NCBI GenBank assembly: GCA_031763465.1
Contig: JARFOE010000219.1
Coordinates: forward strand, 12,273,203 to 12,314,098
Reading direction: 5' to 3'
DNA length: 40,896 nt
Source: Squatina squatina
Taxonomy: Eukaryota
Shown here in pieces: positions 35,126-40,896 of this stretch. Position 1 is the stretch's first letter. Every line of letters starts with the position of its first letter. The translations under genes and the position numbers were made by a program. Under the pieces are notes generated by a model that worked only from the letters and a program-made list of their open reading frames with translations, made no database searches and was not told the origin of the DNA.

Positions 35126-35752
35126 TGGATCTTCTGGCTGCGACTATGNNNNNNNNNNNNNNNNNNNNNNNNNNNNNNNNNNNNNNNNNNNNNNNNNNNN
35201 NNNNNNNNNNNNNNNNNNNNNNNNNNNNNNNNNNNNNNNNNNNNNNNNTCTGTGTTGAAGGCCAAGTAACTTGTGATTGCAGATCAGTTCATGGAGTTGT
35301 AAGGCGAATGCTGCAAATAGTTAGCATTGGTTTTGAAAGACATTCAGGGAGCCTTCATAATCAGTAAATTAATTTACATCAGAATTTGTGTCGCGCAGCC
35401 CGTCCCTGGTGCGGAGCTAAATGATTTCCTTTACATGTACCCTGATGGTTTCGTTGTTAATGCGTTGCCTGTTGTGGATTTGAAACGCACAGAGCAGCAA
35501 GGTTTAATTTTTGCCGAGTGAACTGATCTCAGCAAGGGCAACAGTAGAAGTGTCGCAATTCAAGGATTAACCACTCCTGGTTATAATCCGGAAAGTCCTC
35601 ATTTTGCAGGCAAGGGCAGGATCAGGCTCCGCTGTGATGTCTCCTGCAGTGGAATAGTTTGCCGTTGAATAGCCTCCCAGTGGAGAATGCCTGGCATGGG
35701 CCAGCCACTTCAGGACACGGTGGCTAGTGAGCTTTTCAAACTGAGAAATTGA

Positions 35753-35776
35753 GAGGAGGAGGAGGAGGAGGAGGAG
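35753..35776. repeat. (GAG)8 microsatellite
   Basis: Read directly from the sequence. Confidence 0.9.
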
Positions 35777-36742
35777 AATGGGAGGGTAAAAGACCCAGGT
35801 AGCAATAGAAAAACTTTTATTTATTTATGTCATAGAATTGAGGTTCTTTTAATCGCTACGAGTGGAAATATTGTTTCAGTGAACGTTTTCCCAGATGGCG
35901 AAGTTTGGGTTTTTTCTCTCTCTGATGCAGTCAGGAAGCAAAGCGGTTGAATTGTGTTCTCCATTATTTAACAGGAAGACATCAATAAAACACTATTGGA
36001 GGCCCCGAGGCCACAGCATCCGAAAGCACGCTCGCAATTTGCCAAACTAACATCACACGGCTTTCTGTTTTCAGCTCAAACCAGTTTTAACATGAACCTC
36101 TGTTGTCCCTGCATGTTTCCAATGAGTTTGGCTTTTGCTGGTTGATGCGCTGCTTGTCCACAGGCACTGTTCATCTTTTTTTCGGTGGNNNNNNNNNNNN
36201 NNNNNNNNNNNNNNNNNNNNNNNNNNNNNNNNNNNNNNNNNNNCATTCAGCAGCAATGTTAGATAAAGATTATAGAGAATTCAATTTACATAAATGTGAT
36301 TTTAAATCTTCGACATCTGTTTCATTAATATATCTACCACAGTGCCAACAGCACATCCCTTAGGAAAAGCACGAACAGCTGTTTTCTGTCTTTGTTTTGA
36401 TTGATCATTGAAAAAAACAAAACAGTTTATTTGCAAATAAATTGTCGCACGTGGATTACCATAAAAATAGAGCATTTTTTAAAAATTGCTGACGCATGTG
36501 TTCATCTAAAACCGAGAAGAGCACAAAATTTGCCAAGGACACGGAATCTTGCATCGGCCCGGTGTGACTATGCTGGCTCTGTGAAGGAGCTGTCCGACTT
36601 CGTCCCGCAGCCCAGCTTTTCCCCATAACCCTGCAAGGTGATTCTCCTCAAGGACATGTCCTTGCATCAAACTGAACTCCGGATGATGAACATGGAAGAA
36701 ATTAAGGCTATGGTTTGCGGAGGGAGGCAGTAAAAACTCATT

Positions 36743-36865
36743 GGGCTGAAATTCGACATAGGTGGGGACGGAAAACGGACAGTCACGCATCTGGATGGGG
36801 AATATAACTGGCAGCAGATGGGACACCGCCTGTTTCAGCTCCCAGCCCAAGACGAATTTCGCCCC
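36743..36865. mobile_element. possible MITE of about 120 bp
   Basis: Imperfect inverted ends gggctgaaattcg and cgaatttcgcccc. Confidence 0.35.
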
Positions 36866-37619
36866 CACCCATGTCTCGATTCATTGGCCATGAAGACCCT
36901 TCATTCTGAATGGAAGAGCCCAGCTATCTCCGNNNNNNNNNNNNNNNNNNNNNNNNNNNNNNNNNNNNNNNNNNNNNNNNNNNNNNNNNNNNNNNNNNNN
37001 NNNNNNNNNNNNNNNNNNNNNNNNNNNNNNNNACAGCATTAAATAAGTTTATTTTGTAAAATTAATTTTGCTTTATTATTTTCAACTGATGGGAGAGTCT
37101 CTCCTTGGAACCTAATTTTCTTAATATTGAATTCTGTTTTGGAATTTCAGTGGGGTTGGCACAGTTATAATGTTGTTGTTATGGTGCCATGATTGTGTGG
37201 GTTTTTTTTGTTTCCATTTTATCTTTTAGTCTCTCGTACCTGTGACTTTCAGTGACCGCATTAAACGTGCAGCGAGCCAGCCATCTGTAAGATATCGGAT
37301 TGGGATTTGCAAAAGCAAAGCTGTTGCAAGTTGGCTGGCACACAGGCAGTTTGCTCAGCTGGCACTGTGTGTTATGTAAAATTAGTTTACACTGTTGAAG
37401 GATAACATGCAAATTGTTCAATCTGGGAACATGATTTATGGAGCCGTTGGGTTACTGATCTTTGACCGTCTGTTTCGCAAGCAGAATCTTTTCCACGCAG
37501 CAGTCCCATGCAAGAGCTTTTCGATTTCCTCGTGATGAGGGTCAAGAGAGCGGGGTGGAAGTTCCACCGAGTTCTCCTGATTTGGTAGAAGATTGGTGGA
37601 AACCTAGTACAAGTGGCAT

Positions 37620-38068
37620 GAATCATAGAATGGTACAGCACAGGGAGAGGCCATTCGGCCCACCGGCTCTTTCAAAGAGCAATCCAGTAAGTCCCACTCC
37701 CCTGCTCTTTCCCCACAGCCTTGCAATTTTTTCTCCTTCAAGTATTTATCCAATTCCCTTTTTGAAGGCTGCTATTGAATCTGTTTCCACCGCCCTATCA
37801 GACAGTGCATTCCAAATCCTAACCACTTGTTGCCCCTGGCTCTTTAACCAATCACTTCAAATCTGTGCGCTCTGCTTATTGATCCTTCAGCCTTTGCAGA
37901 GAGTTTCTCTTTATTTACTCTATCTAAACCCTTCATGATTTTAAACACCTCTATCAGATCTCCTCTTACCCTTCTTTGCTCTGCGGACAAGAACCCCAGC
38001 TTCTCCAGTCTAACCACGTAACTGTAATCCCTCATCCCTGGAACCATTCTTGTACTTTTTTCCTTAAA
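37620..38068 (-). mobile_element. CR1 LINE ORF2 C-terminus and 3' UTR
   Basis: TRMVPGMRDYSYVVRLEKLGFLSAEQRRVRGDLIEVFKIMKGLDRV, with tail gaatcatagaatggtacagcacaggg. Confidence 0.9.
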
Positions 38069-39008
38069 NNNNNNNNNNNNNNNNNNNNNNNNNNNNNNNN
38101 NNNNNNNNNNNNNNNNNNNNNNNNNNNNNNNNNNNNNNNNNNNNNNNNNNNNNNNNNNNNNNNNNNNNGTTAAATGTGGCCCTTGTTCCTGGTGGGCATA
38201 TTGCCGTGGCACCATGGAGCAGCTTGGAGATGCGATGGATGTAGATGTACAGTCATGGTTCACTGCACAGAGAGTTTCTGATTTCTCGCCATGCCGTCAT
38301 GCTTACTTGCCCGCTGGGAGGATTCAAGGGAAAAATCAAAGGCTAAGTCACTCTGGCTCATTGTCACTCTCATGCAGCCCGCCTCAGGAGTTGTATTATT
38401 CGGTGTTCGGAAATGTGTTGCCTCCCTGCCCCCTCATTTGGGTGAACAGTGTGTGACTCGGGGAGAAAAAAGGAGTGTTTAAATTCCAAATTATTTATGC
38501 TATGACCTGTCTGATTTATAATCCATTCTTACTCATTCGGTCCTTGTTGGTTGAAACACAGCGGGTGTTTTCCTACTTTTGATCAGACTGTGAGAGATTC
38601 CTCTGCACCAGCTCTCGTTATTGCTTTCTTCAATTTTACCATTCAAACAAATTATTTTGTCCATTGAGGACCCGTGCCAGGAGAATTTATTTTTATAAGG
38701 TGGGGGTTGAGAAAAAGCTGTTCTAATTTTGATTATCACTGGGCTAGCAGCTATGGTGTGTTGATATAATTAGTCACAATGTTTTTTTTATTTATAAGCT
38801 GTGATTGCATTTTGTTTGAACCAGAGTGCAAAATGGATGGCAAATTACTTTCTGACCCTTTTAACCTGTAACAAATGGTACTCTAAAACTGTCATTATCT
38901 GTTTAAATNNNNNNNNNNNNNNNNNNNNNNNNNNNNNNNNNNNNNNNNNNNNNNNNNNNNNNNNNNNNNNNNNNNNNNNNNNNNNNNNNNNNNNNNNNNN
39001 NNNNNNNN

Positions 39009-39119
39009 CCTTTGGTCATCTACCCTAATATCTCCTTATGTGGCTCGGTGTCAAATTTTGCTGGATAGCACTCGTGGAAAGTGCCCTGGAACGTTTCGCT
39101 ATATAAACACAAGTTGTTG
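39009..39119 (+). mobile_element. L2-type LINE 3' tail
   Basis: ccctaatatctccttatgtggctcggtgtcaaatttt...caagttgttg matches 10315-10415. Confidence 0.7.
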
Positions 39120-40033
39120 AAAAAAAATGACAGGACTGGGAGTGCAAATAGCAGTGCTTCACCAGCTGCTGGTGCTCAACCTTAAAGATGACTTGACGAG
39201 GACAGTTTAGTGGGGCACTGCTGAACCAGGACCACAAGTTGTTGTTGCAAATAATTTGGCTTTAAGAAAGTTCAAATGCCAAATCTGACTGAGTCCAGAG
39301 TCTCATCGCCAGCACTCGGTTTTATTCAAACAAATGAAGGTTGAAGCAACCCAAAAGCCTGATTGTGCCTTAACAGGAGGTTGGAATAAGAATGTTTGAA
39401 TGCTAAGAGAGATGACATTTTTCACTTAACAGGGGAGAAAAATAATCTAGAAGGGCAAGGGGGAGGAGGATCCCATCATAACTACTGGAACAGATGTGTG
39501 AATGCTTTGTTTTGTATGTCAAATGTATTGTACTACTTTCCTTATCGTAGAATGAAATTTGCCTGCACTCCCAGTGATCCTCATTATTTATCACTCCAAA
39601 TGTTTGAACTTAATTATGCCATCTTGCAGAACCTTTTAAGCAGCCATAATTAGCAGCCATAATAATAATTGCCGTTGTTACAGATGTTCAATAAAACTGA
39701 GATGACAAGCCTCCACTCGAATGCTAAGAACATGCAACCAGCAGCTGGCTTCTGGTAGTGCCTGCTGTGGATGGCATTCACTGGAGAACAGTGGCAATTA
39801 TGGACTGGTGTCCTTTTAAATCATGACGTGATAACGCAATGAAAATCTAAAGACATTCGACAGTATAGCAATCTATTGCAGGAAGTCATTTGGGGCACCT
39901 TGCAATGATTTTGCTCCCATCAGCATTCAGTAANNNNNNNNNNNNNNNNNNNNNNNNNNNNNNNNNNNNNNNNNNNNNNNNNNNNNNNNNNNNNNNNNNN
40001 NNNNNNNNNNNNNNNNNNNNNNNNNNNNNNNNN

Positions 40034-40107
40034 TCATTGGCTGTAAAGCACTTTGGGACATCCTGAAGTCCTGAAAGGTGCTTTATAACTGCAAGTCTTT
40101 CTTTCTT
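40034..40107 (+). mobile_element. DeuSINE-like 3' tail
   Basis: cattggctgtaaagcactttgggacatcctgaagtcctgaaaggtgctttataactgcaagtctttctttc. Confidence 0.7.
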
Positions 40108-40896
40108 GTGATTCTTAGACCTCTGAGTTCAAATCCAATCCAGACTGTTAGGATGCAAGGTTCCTCTCTCTGACAGGTATAAGTGCTCTAGTGAAAAGAG
40201 CTCCCAGTGGGTGCAAGGCACAGCATAAAGGAGGCCATAAATGAGCAATCTGATGCATGCTGTGCTTCATAATTAGGCACTGTGCCCAGAGCTCGGGTTA
40301 ATCTCAAATATATCAAATTGATTTACACTTGACGAGGAGACTCTCAGGAAAAAAAGGACCTTACATAGCTTTAAGAGCGGTATCTTCAGGGTAAAAGAAA
40401 GCAAACCGTTCCGTAATCATTTTTTCTCTTGATAATCTTTAAACTTAGACATGAGTGAGAAAAATATGTATCAACTAATTCTAGGTTTTTCATTGGGTTA
40501 AATGGACGACCATGTTTCCCTTTTTTTCCCCACATCAGATTCAGGTGCCTGATAAATGTCCCTGTTCCCCCTGATCTTCTGACTGTCTCCATAGCGACAA
40601 GGCGACAGCTGAAATATGGCAACCAAATGCAGGTGCCCCTCATTTAATATCAACACCGCTGCTGACAGAATAGATAATGGGCAATAACACACTATTATGT
40701 TCTTGGAAAATGAAATGCTTCAGCAGCCAGCTGTCACGCTTCAGGAATTTATTTGTTACTGAATGAGCGGGAGGGGGGTTGGTGGGGGGCGAATGCTTTT
40801 TTTTTTCCGCTGTGCAGTTTGTGACCGAGTAGACCTTAGTGGAGGAGTCGGTTGCTTGGGCAATGTCACAGGGTTTGATTGGTGAACGGGACTCGG

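Noticed and set aside
37462-37938. 158-aa plus-strand ORF
   Set aside because: Mostly the antisense reading of a CR1 3' end.

Overview
Eukaryotic vertebrate genomic DNA from a heavily gapped scaffold with 28 N-runs, 23 of them exactly 100 N. It is very probably a cartilaginous fish, inferred from SacSINE1/DeuSINE-like SINEs, abundant CR1/L2 LINE 3' ends and a shark-type GPR139-like receptor. Most ORFs in the supplied track are spurious or span gaps. Real genic content: (i) coding exons 2-4 of SNW1 (SKIP) on the minus strand (3724-3877, 2057-2218, 1259-1354); (ii) the three alternatively spliced SS1 microexons of an alpha-neurexin, most likely NRXN3, on the plus strand (18, 30 and 12 nt at 27759-27776, 29067-29096 and 29893-29904, encoding EVNRVP-GFSHLTMGEQ-GRSK), too short for the ORF track; (iii) a decayed GPR139/GPR142-like GPCR main exon (31151-32050) lying sense inside the neurexin intron 1.25 kb after the last microexon, with an intact, phase-compatible splice acceptor. 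The microexon introns carry an RBFOX motif cluster, three tandem hairpins and a 12-bp long-range complement bracketing the 12-nt exon. The rest is mostly CR1/L2 fragments, SINEs, hAT-like MITEs and microsatellites. I did not find SNW1 exon 1, ADCK1 or the large first neurexin coding exon; they probably fall in gaps. Repeat family names and boundaries come from recall and visual alignment, so they are approximate.
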